Below, in pieces: positions 1-10,064 of a DNA stretch of 64,000 nt. The notes under the pieces are model-generated. The model saw only the letters and a program-made list of their open reading frames with translations. It did no database searches and was not told the origin of the DNA. This DNA is from Elusimicrobiota bacterium. Its GTDB lineage: Bacteria; Elusimicrobiota; Elusimicrobia; UBA1565; JACRDR01. The DNA lies in assembly GCA_041694815.1 (NCBI GenBank), contig JBGFSC010000026.1, positions 27,762 to 91,761 on the forward strand, written 5' to 3'. A program made the position numbers and the translations under genes. Each line of letters opens with the position of its first letter. Position 1 is the stretch's first letter.

Positions 1-418
1 GCCGCCGATAGCAGAGCGCGGCGAGCGTCTGCGCCAGCTTAACGGCTCCGTAATCGCTGATGGGCCGGGTCGCATGCTCCTCCGACACGCGGCCGGCCGC
101 GGCGCCGTACTCCGCCGAGGAGCCGGCGATGAGTACCGTAGCCTTGGACTTGAGCCCCGCGGCGGCCTCCAGCAGGTTGAGCGTGCCCACCACATTGGCC
201 TGCCACAGCTCGTCGGTGCTTCCCGCGTGGGCTCCCGCGGCGTGAAAAATCAGGCGAGGCTTCGTTCGGCGCAGGAGGCGTTCGGCCGCGTCGTACTTTC
301 GAAGGTCGCCGTCGAGTCGCGAGGCCAAGCAAAGGCGCGCTCGCGGAAAGGAGCGCTCGATCTCGCCGGCCAGCGCCGCGCCCAGGAATCCGCGGCCGCC
401 GGTCAGCAGTATGTTCAT
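1..418 (-). CDS. NAD-dependent epimerase/dehydratase (extended SDR), 3' end runs off the window
   Basis: Hand translation from ATG 418: MNILLTGGRGFLG... (GxxGxxG), later GSSAEYG and DYGAVK (YxxxK). Not in ORF track because truncated; ATG overlaps stop of upstream gene. Confidence 0.85.
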   Translation of the reverse strand, partial: MNILLTGGRGFLGAALAGEIERSFPRARLCLASRLDGDLRKYDAAERLLRRTKPRLIFHAAGAHAGSTDELWQANVVGTLNLLEAAAGLKSKATVLIAGSSAEYGAAAGRVSEEHATRPISDYGAVKLAQTLAALCYRR

Positions 419-1149
419 GGCCGATGGTTTCGGAGAAAACGCGCGGCGCGACGGGGCGAGGCGAATATCTCCTGGGCGGTCTGATAGTCTTGCGGGCGCC
501 CGATGTCGAGCCAGTAGGCGCGGGTGCAGAATCCGCAGACGTTTTCGCCGGCGCGGCGCAAGCGGTCGATAAGCTCCGGCATGCCGAGGAACTCGCCGCT
601 GCGGATATGCTCGAGAGCGCGGCGCGAGAAGACGTTGACGCCCATGCTCACGAGGTAGCGGTAGGAGGGCTTCTCGGTGTAGCTGGCCAGGCGTCCGCGC
701 CCATCCAAGCCGATCACCCCGAAATCGACGACGGTCTTACGCTCGCAGACGCCGATCGTCGCCAAGGCCCTCGAGTGCCTATGATGCTCGAAGAGCTTAC
801 GGTAGTTCATGGTCGTGAGTATATCGCCGTTGATGGTCAAGAACTCGGGCGCCAGTCCCCGGACGAGCTTGAGGGCGCCGGCGGTCGAGAGGGGACGCTC
901 CTCGCGCACGTAGCGTATCTTGAGCCCCCAGCGCCTCCCATCCCCGCAATAGGCTGTGATGAGCTCGGCCAGATGGCCGGTCGAGATCACGATATCGCCG
1001 AAGCCATTTTGCTTGAGCTGCCTCAGGATAACCTCAATGATGGGCATCTCGCCCACCGGGACGAGCGGTTTGGGAAACGAGGTGGTGTAGGGCTTAAGCC
1101 GCGTGCCCTTGCCGCCGGCGAGGATCACCGCCTGCAGCTTAGACGGCAT
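415..1149 (-). CDS. Sugar-phosphate nucleotidyltransferase
   Basis: AVILAGGKGTRL, PKPLVPV, EERPLSTAG, NGD, WLDIG motifs. Confidence 0.9.
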   Translation of the reverse strand: MPSKLQAVILAGGKGTRLKPYTTSFPKPLVPVGEMPIIEVILRQLKQNGFGDIVISTGHLAELITAYCGDGRRWGLKIRYVREERPLSTAGALKLVRGLAPEFLTINGDILTTMNYRKLFEHHRHSRALATIGVCERKTVVDFGVIGLDGRGRLASYTEKPSYRYLVSMGVNVFSRRALEHIRSGEFLGMPELIDRLRRAGENVCGFCTRAYWLDIGRPQDYQTAQEIFASPRRAARFLRNHRP

Positions 1150-2134
1150 AGCCTTCCTTATATTTGGAGAGGTGGGCGCGCAGGTACTCGATGGTCTCGA
1201 CGAGACCCTGTTCGAGCGAAAAGCGCGGCTTCCAGCCAGCCAACCGCGCCGCCTTACGATTGTCGCAGAGAAGGCGCTGCACCTCGCTTTTGGCCGGCCG
1301 CACCCGTATATTCTCGGTTTTAAATTCCGCGCGACGCCCGATCAGCCGCATGGCCAGCTCCGCCGCCTGGCGGATGCTCACCGCACGGCCCGTTCCGAGA
1401 TTGACGACCTGGCCGATCGTGCGCGGCGAGGAGGCGGCGGCTAAAAATCCATCGACCGTGTCTTCGACGAAGGTGAAATCGCGGACCGGTTCCAGCGAGC
1501 CGATCTCAAGCCTCTCTTGGCCGCGCAGGAGCTGGGTGATAATGGTGGGAAGCACGGCCCGCGCCGACTGCCTAGGCCCGTAGGTGTTAAATGGGCGCAC
1601 GGTGGTTACGGGCAGCTCGAAGGAGCGGTAAAAACTTTCGGCCAGCATGTCGGCGCCGATCTTGGATGCGGAGTAGGGGGACTGCCCTTGAAGCGGGTGC
1701 TTCTCGTCGATCGGGGTATAGACGGCGGTGCCGTAGGTCTCGGAAGTGGAGGTATGTACCAGCCGCCGCGTACCGTGCTTGAGGCAGGCCTGGAGCACGT
1801 TGAGCGTGCCGCCGACATTGGTCGATACGAAATGGGTGGGGGCCGCGTAGGAATAGGGGATGGCGATGAGCGCCGCCAGATGGAAGACGACATCTTGCCC
1901 TTCGACGGCCGAAGAGACGAAGAAGGGGTCACTGATGTCGCCGGCCGTCACCTCCATCGAATCGACGAGCCTCGAGTCCGCTTCCTCCAGAAGCCCCCAG
2001 TCGCCTCGCCCGTTGTAATGCAGCATCGCGCGCACCTTGGCCCCGCGCCTGGCCAGGGCCTCGGCCAGGTGGCTGCCGATGAAGCCTCCGGCCCCGGTGA
2101 CGAGAACGCGCGCGCCTCTCCAATTCCTCATCAT
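1139..2134 (-). CDS. NDP-sugar 4,6-dehydratase/epimerase (LegB-like SDR)
   Basis: VTGAGGFIG, HLAALIAIPYSY, TSTSETYG, YSASK, RPFNTYGPRQ. Confidence 0.9.
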   Translation of the reverse strand: MMRNWRGARVLVTGAGGFIGSHLAEALARRGAKVRAMLHYNGRGDWGLLEEADSRLVDSMEVTAGDISDPFFVSSAVEGQDVVFHLAALIAIPYSYAAPTHFVSTNVGGTLNVLQACLKHGTRRLVHTSTSETYGTAVYTPIDEKHPLQGQSPYSASKIGADMLAESFYRSFELPVTTVRPFNTYGPRQSARAVLPTIITQLLRGQERLEIGSLEPVRDFTFVEDTVDGFLAAASSPRTIGQVVNLGTGRAVSIRQAAELAMRLIGRRAEFKTENIRVRPAKSEVQRLLCDNRKAARLAGWKPRFSLEQGLVETIEYLRAHLSKYKEGYAV

Positions 2135-2697
2135 GCCTCCACGCGGAAATCGATGTCGTCGAAATCGACGAGCCGGATATGCCGGGTCCCGTTCTTCGGC
2201 GCGGGATAGGGCGCCGGCACGGCGACCAAGACTAACGGCGTCGAGGGAGGAAGGTCCTCGAAGCGGTTGACGAAGAGAAAGCGCGCGTCGGCGATGCCCA
2301 AGTCGGCGACGATGTCCTTGACGAGATCGAGGATCTCATCTTGCGCCACCACCGCGAAGTCCCGCCGGCCGGCGTCGTATTCCCGCCGCAGCGCGACGGA
2401 GATGTTGCGCTCGATCTGGCGGAAGATGCGGACGGTGTAGAGGCTATAATGGTAGGACTTGCTGGCCTTCTCCATCGCTCCCTTGAGGGTGAGCAGATAC
2501 TGCATCCGGTTCCAGTCGAGGGCCTTGACCTTGATGAGCCCCTTGCGCGCCAAGCGCTTGAGCAGGAGATTCGTCATCCCCAAGGAAAGCCCGGTGTTAT
2601 TGGAAAGCTCCCGCTGGGTGCTGCCGGGGCTCTTGGCGATTTCCTGGATCAGATTGAATTCTTTGGCTTCGAGATTGTTGTTGGCCACGTCGTTCAA
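2131..2697 (-). CDS. Winged-helix (MarR-like, polysaccharide-locus-associated) transcriptional regulator
   Basis: TQRELSNNTGLSLGMTNLLLKRLARKGLIK and YLLTLKG winged HTH; start TTG 2697 or GTG 2688. Confidence 0.85.
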   Translation of the reverse strand: MNDVANNNLEAKEFNLIQEIAKSPGSTQRELSNNTGLSLGMTNLLLKRLARKGLIKVKALDWNRMQYLLTLKGAMEKASKSYHYSLYTVRIFRQIERNISVALRREYDAGRRDFAVVAQDEILDLVKDIVADLGIADARFLFVNRFEDLPPSTPLVLVAVPAPYPAPKNGTRHIRLVDFDDIDFRVEA

Positions 2698-2707
2698 GGA
2701 TTGAACA
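2691..2707. promoter_or_regulatory. Palindromic operator candidate CGTTCA-AGGAT-TGAACA (copy 1)
   Basis: Abuts minus-strand -10 TAAAAT (2707-2712) and overlaps the regulator's start; same motif at 15067 and 25775. Confidence 0.7.
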
Positions 2708-2719
2708 TTTTATCGTTTT

Positions 2720-3607
2720 TCATCGCGCTGTTTTCAAGATTTCCAGATACTCCTCCAACGCCTCCTGCCAGGGCCGCATGCGGTCTAAGCCCGAGGTTTC
2801 CAGGTTCTTATTGCGCAACGCCTCCGATTCCGGGCGGGGCGCGGGCAGCGGGAAGCGGGAGGAGGGAGCCGGCTCGATCTCGGAGGAGCCGCCGAGACGC
2901 TTGCGGATGAACCGGGCCATGTCGTAGCGCGTGCAGGCCCCATGCCCCGCCATGTGATAGGTGCCGTAGCGGCCGGAGTCCGCGAGAACGACGAGATTGC
3001 GCGCCAAATCGACCGTGTAGGTGGGGCTGCCGCGCTTGTCGCTGACGGCGATGATCGTCCTTTGCCCCGCCTGAATCTGTCGGACGATTTTGCCGACGAA
3101 TTTTTTGTCGTCGGCCGCCCCCCCCATCAACCAGGCGGTGCGCACGATGAAATGCCTCGGCGTGGCCTCGCGGACGGCCTCCTCGCCGGCCCATTTGCTG
3201 CGGGCGTATTCGTTGGCCGGCGCGACCGGATCGTCTTCCGTGTAGGGGTCCGGCTTCGGCTTTCCCCCGAGTACCATGGCCGTGCTCATGTAAACTAGAG
3301 GCAAATCGTTCTCGGCGCAGACTCGCGCGAGCGAACGGGTCGCCGTGGCGTTCATCCGATGCGCGAAGGAGGGGTCGCTCTCGCAGCGGTCGACATCCGT
3401 GGCGCCGGCCAGGTGGATCACCAGGGAGGCGTTCTTCCAAAAGGTCTGCCGCCTCAATCGATCTTCGTCGGCCAGATCGATCCTGCGCGAGGGTTCGGCT
3501 TCGGCCAGGTCGAGCCCGACGGTCGGCCGGTCCAGCTCGCTTAGATACTCCATCAATGCCGAGCCCAGCATGCCGCGGCTGCCGGTGACGACGATGGGCC
3601 CCGTCAT
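2720..3607 (-). CDS. rfbD: dTDP-4-dehydrorhamnose reductase-like (RmlD family)
   Basis: VTGSRGMLG, TDVDRCE, YARSKWAGE, GSPTYTVDLA, APRP; ATG 3607 overlaps upstream stop. Confidence 0.8.
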   Translation of the reverse strand: MTGPIVVTGSRGMLGSALMEYLSELDRPTVGLDLAEAEPSRRIDLADEDRLRRQTFWKNASLVIHLAGATDVDRCESDPSFAHRMNATATRSLARVCAENDLPLVYMSTAMVLGGKPKPDPYTEDDPVAPANEYARSKWAGEEAVREATPRHFIVRTAWLMGGAADDKKFVGKIVRQIQAGQRTIIAVSDKRGSPTYTVDLARNLVVLADSGRYGTYHMAGHGACTRYDMARFIRKRLGGSSEIEPAPSSRFPLPAPRPESEALRNKNLETSGLDRMRPWQEALEEYLEILKTAR

Positions 3608-4752
3608 ACGACGCTGCATTTGGCGCAGGGCGAGCGATCGGAGCGCCGCCTTTCAAGATGCTGGGCGCGGAGCTCCTCATAGGCGGGAGAACGCCAGAGC
3701 TGCTTGAGGGAGAGCCCGCGGGCGTCGCCGACGCATAGCTCCGAGCGGAAATCGACGTCGCAGGGATTCACGCGCCCGTCCCACCACACGAACATGCGCC
3801 TCCAGAGATCGGAGCAGGGGGTGCCCAGCCCGTTGTCGGGAGCCTCGTAGACGTTCTCCCAGGGATTGTAGTTGACGAAGGCCACTTGGTCGACGTACCG
3901 GCCCCAGAAGGACTCCATGGCGTCAAGTTCGCCCGAGCCGGGCACCTTCACACCGGAGACGCGCGTAATCAGCGTGGAATCGGGATAATGCCGCCGGCGG
4001 ATATCATCGAAGAGCCGCACTTTTTGAAGCGTCTTTTCCAAAGTCCCGCCGACGCGCAGCCGGCTGTAGGCCGGCTCCTCGGCCGCGTCGGCCGAGAAGA
4101 CCAGCGTGCTGACGTCCGATTCTAGAATCGCGTGACACTTGGCCTCGTCGAGCAGCGAGGCGTTCGTGTTGAGCTTGAGCGCCAGGAATTTCCCCTTGGC
4201 GTAGCGCAGCATCGCCGCGATGTCGGGACAGGCCATGGGCTCGCCCCGCGAGGCCAGCGTCACCGCTTCCACGTTACCCTCGGCCTCGTCGATGACCTTC
4301 TTGAACAGATCGAGGGACATCATGCCCATATGACCGTTCGCCTTCTTGGTGAAGACCGCGTCGGTCTGGTAGCAGAACACGCAGCGGAAGTTGCAGGCCG
4401 AGGTCGGCTCGATCTGCAGGCAGGGCGGCCAGTCGTCGAGCCGCTTGCGCTCCGGGAACGCCTCGTAGCGGAAGCGGTAATGCAGGTAGCGCGGCAGCTG
4501 GGAGTCCGCGAGTCGGGCCAGCTCTTCCTGGACATTGGCGTGCAGGGCGAAGGGCGGGTGGCCCGCAGGCGCCTCTAACCCCAGCAGTTCGCGGCAGGCC
4601 TGGCGCACGAGGGCGGCGGCCTGCGGCGCCAGCCCCCAGGAGGAGCCGTCCTCGAGCAGGCGCTTGAGACGGGGCCGCGGGTCGGGCAGAGGCTTTTGCT
4701 GCCGGATTTCCACGAAGCTGTTGTGCTTCTGATAGACCTTGGTCTCGCTCAT
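3604..4752 (-). CDS. Radical SAM / SPASM-domain protein
   Basis: EPTSACNFRCVFC (CxxxCxxC), RGEP; C-terminal C..LW...G.V.PC.D...CAKC. Confidence 0.9.
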   Translation of the reverse strand: MSETKVYQKHNSFVEIRQQKPLPDPRPRLKRLLEDGSSWGLAPQAAALVRQACRELLGLEAPAGHPPFALHANVQEELARLADSQLPRYLHYRFRYEAFPERKRLDDWPPCLQIEPTSACNFRCVFCYQTDAVFTKKANGHMGMMSLDLFKKVIDEAEGNVEAVTLASRGEPMACPDIAAMLRYAKGKFLALKLNTNASLLDEAKCHAILESDVSTLVFSADAAEEPAYSRLRVGGTLEKTLQKVRLFDDIRRRHYPDSTLITRVSGVKVPGSGELDAMESFWGRYVDQVAFVNYNPWENVYEAPDNGLGTPCSDLWRRMFVWWDGRVNPCDVDFRSELCVGDARGLSLKQLWRSPAYEELRAQHLERRRSDRSPCAKCSVV

Positions 4753-5669
4753 CGCGCGGCCGCCAGCCTCCTAAACGTGGTCTTAAGCCTCAAGGCGCAG
4801 TCGGTTCTCTCGACGCCGAGACCCGAGAGGCCGTAGATCCCATAGGCCTTGAGCCTCTGCCCCCAGGAGGCAGGCTCGCCCCGCAGCGCGGCGGCCGCCT
4901 CCGGCGTCAGCCACAGGCCGGCCCGCTTGATCGCGGCGGCCTTGGGCCCGAGACGCCGTTCGAGATCGGGATGGCGCGCAAGGCATTCAGCGTAGGCCCG
5001 TCGCAATTCCTCACGCTCGCGCGCGCAGTCCCAGCCCGCGCTTTCGGCGTGCACCCGGATACGCACGAGAGGATCCTCGACGAAGTCGAACTCAAAACGC
5101 TCGGCGAGCCTCAGGAAGAGCTCGTACTCCTCGGCGATGCGGAAGTCCGGACGGAAAAAGCCGCCGGCGCGCTCGATCGCGCTTCGGCGCATCAAGGCAG
5201 CCGCGCAAGGAACGAAGTTATAGAGGAAAAGCGCCTCGAGTATGCGCCCGCGACGCAGGGGATTTCGCTCCGAATAACGCCCCAGCAGGCGGCCCGTGGC
5301 GTCGATCCTCCACGCGTCGCTGCCGACGAAGCCGACCTCCGGGCGCGAGAACAGCCTCAGTTGCCGCTCGAGCTTGGAGGGTTCCCAGAGATCGTCCTGG
5401 TCGAGGATGGCGATGAACTCGCCCGAGGAAAGCTCCATGGCCTTATTGCGGGCGGCTCCCAGGCCCGCATTCTCCTGGCGATGGTAGACGATGTGGCGCC
5501 CGGCCGCCAGGTGCCGGCGGACGATGGACTCGGTGCCATCGGGCGAGCCGTCGTTGACGATGACGAGCTCGTAGTCGTCGCAGCTCTGCGCGAACACCGA
5601 GGCGAGTGTCTCCTCCAAATAGGGCTCGGCCTTGTAGCAGCAGAGATTGATGCTGACCGCGGGTCTCAT
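4749..5669 (-). CDS. GT2-family glycosyltransferase
   Basis: IVNDGSPDGT, NAGLGAARN, ILDQDDLW; ATG 5669 overlaps upstream stop. Confidence 0.9.
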   Translation of the reverse strand: MRPAVSINLCCYKAEPYLEETLASVFAQSCDDYELVIVNDGSPDGTESIVRRHLAAGRHIVYHRQENAGLGAARNKAMELSSGEFIAILDQDDLWEPSKLERQLRLFSRPEVGFVGSDAWRIDATGRLLGRYSERNPLRRGRILEALFLYNFVPCAAALMRRSAIERAGGFFRPDFRIAEEYELFLRLAERFEFDFVEDPLVRIRVHAESAGWDCAREREELRRAYAECLARHPDLERRLGPKAAAIKRAGLWLTPEAAAALRGEPASWGQRLKAYGIYGLSGLGVERTDCALRLKTTFRRLAAAR

Positions 5670-6793
5670 GCGTTGGCGGGACTTTTGCAGAAGCCGGCCA
5701 CGGCGTCGACGACCGCGTCGACGTCCGCGTCGCTCATCGCGCAATGCAGGGGCAGCGTGACGATCTCGCGGCCCAGCTTCTCGGAACGGGGAAGGGGAGC
5801 AGGGGCGTACTTCTGGAAATAGGGCTGCGCGTGGTTGGGGATATAATGCAGCCCGGTGCCCACCCCGCGGCCCTTGAGGTATTCCATGAACTCGTCGCGC
5901 CTGGCCTCTGGGACGCGCACGATGTAGATATGCGGAGCCACGGTCTCATAGTCGATTTTAAGCGGGCGGACGATCCCGAGCTCACGGAAGGCCTCGTCGT
6001 AGCGCCGCGCGATCTTACGGCGCCTCTCGATGAAGCCGGGCAGTTTTTTTAGCTGCTCCAAGCCCACGGCGGCGCAGAAATTGGGCATATGGTAGCGATA
6101 GCCGGGGGAGACGACCTCGTAGACATAGGTGCGCGTGTTCTTGTAGCGGTGCCAGGTGTCCTTGTCGATGCCGAGAATGCGCATGCGGCGGATATCCTCG
6201 GCCACCTTGTCGTCGGAAAGAGCGACGGCCCCGCCCTCGCCGGTGGTGATGTTCTTGATCGGGTCGAAGCTAAAGCACACCGCGTCGCCGTGCGTGCCTA
6301 TCTTTTTGCCCTGGTATTGCGATCCGAAGGCGTGCGCGGCGTCCTCGATGAGCTTGAAGCCGTGTTGCTTGGAAAGTTCAAGAAGCGCACCCAGATTTCC
6401 CGGGTTGCCGCAGAAATGCACCGGCATGACCGCCTTTGTCCTCTTTGTGATTCTCCGGCGCACGTCCTCCGGATCGAGAAGCAATGTCTCCTCGTCTGAT
6501 TCGGCGAAGACAGGAGCGGCTCCCAGCGCCAGGATCGACTGCACGCAGGCGGCGAAGGTGATCGAGGGAAGGATGACCTCGTCCTCCGGCCCGACGCCAA
6601 AGCCCGCCAGCGCGATATGCAGCGCCGAGCTGCCCGTGTTGACGGCGACGACATGCTTGGCGCCCAGATATTTCTTGAGCGCCTCCTCGAACTCGAATAC
6701 GGTCGAGCCCAGGCCGAGCCAGCCGGTGTCGAATACTTTCTCCATCGCCCGGATTTCCTCCAGGCCGGTCAGCGGTCGCGAAATGGGGATCAC
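5666..6793 (-). CDS. DegT/DnrJ/EryC1/StrS PLP-dependent sugar aminotransferase
   Basis: IEDAAHAFG, FSFDPIKNITTGEGG, C-terminal LPLH. Confidence 0.92.
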   Translation of the reverse strand: MIPISRPLTGLEEIRAMEKVFDTGWLGLGSTVFEFEEALKKYLGAKHVVAVNTGSSALHIALAGFGVGPEDEVILPSITFAACVQSILALGAAPVFAESDEETLLLDPEDVRRRITKRTKAVMPVHFCGNPGNLGALLELSKQHGFKLIEDAAHAFGSQYQGKKIGTHGDAVCFSFDPIKNITTGEGGAVALSDDKVAEDIRRMRILGIDKDTWHRYKNTRTYVYEVVSPGYRYHMPNFCAAVGLEQLKKLPGFIERRRKIARRYDEAFRELGIVRPLKIDYETVAPHIYIVRVPEARRDEFMEYLKGRGVGTGLHYIPNHAQPYFQKYAPAPLPRSEKLGREIVTLPLHCAMSDADVDAVVDAVAGFCKSPANA

Positions 6794-7629
6794 CCTTTTT
6801 TCCTCGCAAGCGCCAAGAGATAGCGGCCTTGATCGGCGTAGGCGCGCGCCGCCAGCGATTCGATCGCCGAGAGCCCCGCGCGCCCGCGCTCGTCGAGCCG
6901 GGAAGGCCGCGCCACCGCGGCCATCGGGTCGCCCTCGATGCCGGAGCAGACCCCGATGCCGAAAAGCGAGGGCGGGTGGAACCCGAAGCCCTCAAGCAGC
7001 CGTTTCAGCTCGGAGGAATCATGCCAGGCGGACCACACCGAACCCCCCGCCCAATAGCCCTCCGTCCGCTCGAGCACCATGCGCGCGTTGCGGAAGTTGC
7101 CGGCGCGTACCGATTTGAGCAGGTCGAACCAGCGCGTGCGGAAGGAGGCGGCCAGAAGACCTCCCGGTTTTAACGCCCGCGCCAATTCCCCGAGCGTCGC
7201 CCGGTAATCGGGAAGATTATAGAGCATCTCGGCGCAGACGACGGCGTCGAACCATCCGCTCGGCACGGAGCGCGCGTACGTCGCCGCGTCGGACTCGATG
7301 AACTCGACGTTGGAAAGCCGTGCCTCGGCGCACAGGCGCCGGGCCGCCTCGAGCGAGTCGGGGGAAAAATCCACCGCGACGACGCGGCCGGAATACGCCC
7401 AACCCGCCAAGGGGACGGTCAGGCGGCCGTGCCCGCAGCCCAGATCGAGGATGCGCAGCGAGCGCCCCGGCGCCTTCTCTAGCTCCGGGACGATCCATTG
7501 CAGGTATTGCTGCCGGTAATAGGCCTCGTCGCGGTCGGAGGCCATGTCGTAGCCGGCGTTGGCTCGCCGCACGAGCTCCGCCTGGCTTCTTCCGATGAGG
7601 CCAAGTATCATCTCTTTCAAGCGGCGCAA
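6790..7629 (-). CDS. Class I SAM-dependent methyltransferase
   Basis: ILDLGCGHG, VDFS, LKPGG; start could be 7629, 7620 or 7611. Confidence 0.85.
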   Translation of the reverse strand: MRRLKEMILGLIGRSQAELVRRANAGYDMASDRDEAYYRQQYLQWIVPELEKAPGRSLRILDLGCGHGRLTVPLAGWAYSGRVVAVDFSPDSLEAARRLCAEARLSNVEFIESDAATYARSVPSGWFDAVVCAEMLYNLPDYRATLGELARALKPGGLLAASFRTRWFDLLKSVRAGNFRNARMVLERTEGYWAGGSVWSAWHDSSELKRLLEGFGFHPPSLFGIGVCSGIEGDPMAAVARPSRLDERGRAGLSAIESLAARAYADQGRYLLALARKKG

Positions 7630-10064
7630 GGCTCCTCCGCGGCCGGGGCCAGGAAGGCGTCGATCGTCTCGTCGTTGATGGGAGACAGGCAGTCTTGGCG
7701 CATGCGGCGCGCGTTCTCCGACCAGCGCGCGCGCTCCGTTTCCGGCAGGGAAAGCAGGCGCAGGAGCTGGGCGCGCAAGGCGGCGGAGCCGTGCGCGGGC
7801 GCCGGGATCTCGGGGAAGTAGGCCAGGGGGTTGTAGTCAAGCGCCGCCTGGCGCGCGGCCACTACAAGCGGCACGCCGGCCAAGGCCAGATCCATCGAGG
7901 AGCTGCTGCCGCCGACGACGGCGCAGCAGGCCCGCCGCGCCCATTCCTCCATGCCGCCCGAGACCAATTCGAAATGCGCCGGCAGGAGGCGGCTTCCAAG
8001 GGCGGCGTTCCAGGCTCCCTCGGGCATCATTGGGTGCGGCTTGAGCCAGAAGCGCGGGCCCTCGTCCGTCGGGAAGGCCTCCAATAGCATGGACAGGAGT
8101 TCGACGGTCCAGGAAAGGTCCAGGGAGAGCGGCACGAACACCCTCCGCGGCTCCGGGTTTTGCCTCGGCTCGCCGGCGAGAAGGTGGCGGTAGCGTAGGG
8201 AGGGGCCCAGGCGCAGCCGGGCGCGGGGAAGGCCCTCCTCGGCGAAGCGCTCCAGGGAGAAGCGTCCGCTGCAGACGATGACATCGGGCAGTGCCTCTGG
8301 AGCGACCGCGGCGAAATGCTGGAGCATGAGCGGCGCCGGCGAGGCCCAATGCTGGTAGCCGACGCTCAGGGCCTTGGGGAAAAAACGGCGCAGGGCCAGC
8401 AGGGCCGGCTTTTCGGCGGCGGCGTTCTCGAAGGTGTCGATGAAAACCCGCGGGCTCAGGCCCGAGGAGGCCAGCCGCTCGAAAAGGCGGGTGTACTGGA
8501 TAAAGGGCGCTTGGCTGGCGTTGGCCATGGATTGGCGCCGCGCGTCGGCCACGAGCTCGGCGATGTCCAACCCGGCCAGGCGTTGGGGCAAAGAGGGAAG
8601 GGCACCCTGCCGCCACAGGACGCGGGCGGACCAGAGATAATCCGAGGGCCGGTAGTAATCCTCGGCGATGAGATGCGATCCGTGGCCTCGGAGCCAGCGG
8701 AAAGCCTCGCGCGGAGACCGCCGAGGGTCATAGAGATAGGGCAGCACGACCGGCTCGAGTCCCCGCCGCCTGAGCTGCTCGGCGAGTTCGGTAAAGTACG
8801 CGTCCCGAGGTCCGTCGTTTGAAAAATAGCCCGCATCGACCCAGGTATGGATGAGGGCGAGCGGCTTTTTATCCGCCAGGCGGGCGCAAGAGCCCGTGCT
8901 GCGCGCGGAAAGCCAAGCCAGCGCTCCGCGGCAGAAATGCTTCGCCCAGCGAAGGGCCCAGAGCGCCGCCCAGCGTAGATCCGCCGCGGCGCAGTCCCAG
9001 GGGGCGAGGCGGCGCCCGCCGCGGGCCCTTTCCAAGGCGCGCAGCAATCCCTCGTTCTCGGCCACGATCAAGACGGGAGGGTTGGGACCCTCGAGAAGAT
9101 CGAGCGCCGCTTTGAGATAACAGAGCTCGCCGAAGAGAGAGCCCGAGAGGGTGTTTTCATCCGCGATCCTGGAGCTCCACCATTCGAGGCTTCCATGGCG
9201 TCGGGATAAGTCCCGCAGCCAGGCCAGGAAGGGGGCCTTGAGGCTTTGGCCGGCGTTCTGCAGCGACTGGTGGATATCGATCCGCTCGAAGCCCGTGCCC
9301 AAAGCGCGATCCCATCGCTTGAGGTTGAGGAAATCGCGGCCAAGATAGACCCAGCGCCCCCCGCCGGCGCGCAGGCGGGCCAGGGGCGCGGGGCCTTGGG
9401 CCCGCGACAGCCAGGGGCCGCGCCCTTCCCATAGCGCGGCGAGAACGCGCAGGTCCTCGATCGCCGCGAGCACGTCCGGGCCGAAGGGCTCAGGCGAGCC
9501 GGGCGTGAGGCGCTGCACGAAGGGCACGCCGTGGAGGCGGGCGGCCTCGTAATCGTTGCTTCCGTCGCCGACGAAGAGGCAGCGTGAGGGCTCCAGGCGG
9601 CGCTCGCGCAGAAGCCGCCCCAGATGCTCCTTCTTGGGCGTAGGGCTGCCGTGGATCTCAACGAAGTACTGGGCGATCCCCCGATCGCCGACGATCTGCA
9701 GTATCTCGCGCTCGGGCGCGGCGGACAGGACGAAGAGGGGGATGCGGCCGTGCCAGTTCTCGAGGAACTCCCGCGCCCCGGCGACGAGGGGGACCTTCTG
9801 CAAGCGTTCCCAGATGATCGCGTTGAAGCCGCGGTCGAGCTCGGCGACGCGCTCCTCGCTTAAGGGCTCGCGGAATAGCTCGCGGTAGTAATAGCGGAAC
9901 TTCTCGTAGCGCGACATCCCGGCGTTGCTCAAATGGTAGCGGACGATGGCGTCCAAATGCTCGGGGCGGTCGGCGAAGAGCCGGCCCATCGCCTCGTTTT
10001 TGAGCTCGAGGGACTCGAGGATGACCCCGTCGAAGTCCAGGAAGATCGCCTCAGGCCGGCGCAT
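7617..10064 (-). CDS. HAD-family phosphatase fused to a large surface-carbohydrate (GT-B-like) domain
   Basis: N-terminal FLDFDGVI, VLS, K, FVGDGSND; C-terminal GYQH, LKPHP, GGSSSSMDLALAGVP; ATG 10064 overlaps upstream TAA. Confidence 0.7.
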   Translation of the reverse strand: MRRPEAIFLDFDGVILESLELKNEAMGRLFADRPEHLDAIVRYHLSNAGMSRYEKFRYYYRELFREPLSEERVAELDRGFNAIIWERLQKVPLVAGAREFLENWHGRIPLFVLSAAPEREILQIVGDRGIAQYFVEIHGSPTPKKEHLGRLLRERRLEPSRCLFVGDGSNDYEAARLHGVPFVQRLTPGSPEPFGPDVLAAIEDLRVLAALWEGRGPWLSRAQGPAPLARLRAGGGRWVYLGRDFLNLKRWDRALGTGFERIDIHQSLQNAGQSLKAPFLAWLRDLSRRHGSLEWWSSRIADENTLSGSLFGELCYLKAALDLLEGPNPPVLIVAENEGLLRALERARGGRRLAPWDCAAADLRWAALWALRWAKHFCRGALAWLSARSTGSCARLADKKPLALIHTWVDAGYFSNDGPRDAYFTELAEQLRRRGLEPVVLPYLYDPRRSPREAFRWLRGHGSHLIAEDYYRPSDYLWSARVLWRQGALPSLPQRLAGLDIAELVADARRQSMANASQAPFIQYTRLFERLASSGLSPRVFIDTFENAAAEKPALLALRRFFPKALSVGYQHWASPAPLMLQHFAAVAPEALPDVIVCSGRFSLERFAEEGLPRARLRLGPSLRYRHLLAGEPRQNPEPRRVFVPLSLDLSWTVELLSMLLEAFPTDEGPRFWLKPHPMMPEGAWNAALGSRLLPAHFELVSGGMEEWARRACCAVVGGSSSSMDLALAGVPLVVAARQAALDYNPLAYFPEIPAPAHGSAALRAQLLRLLSLPETERARWSENARRMRQDCLSPINDETIDAFLAPAAEEPCAA

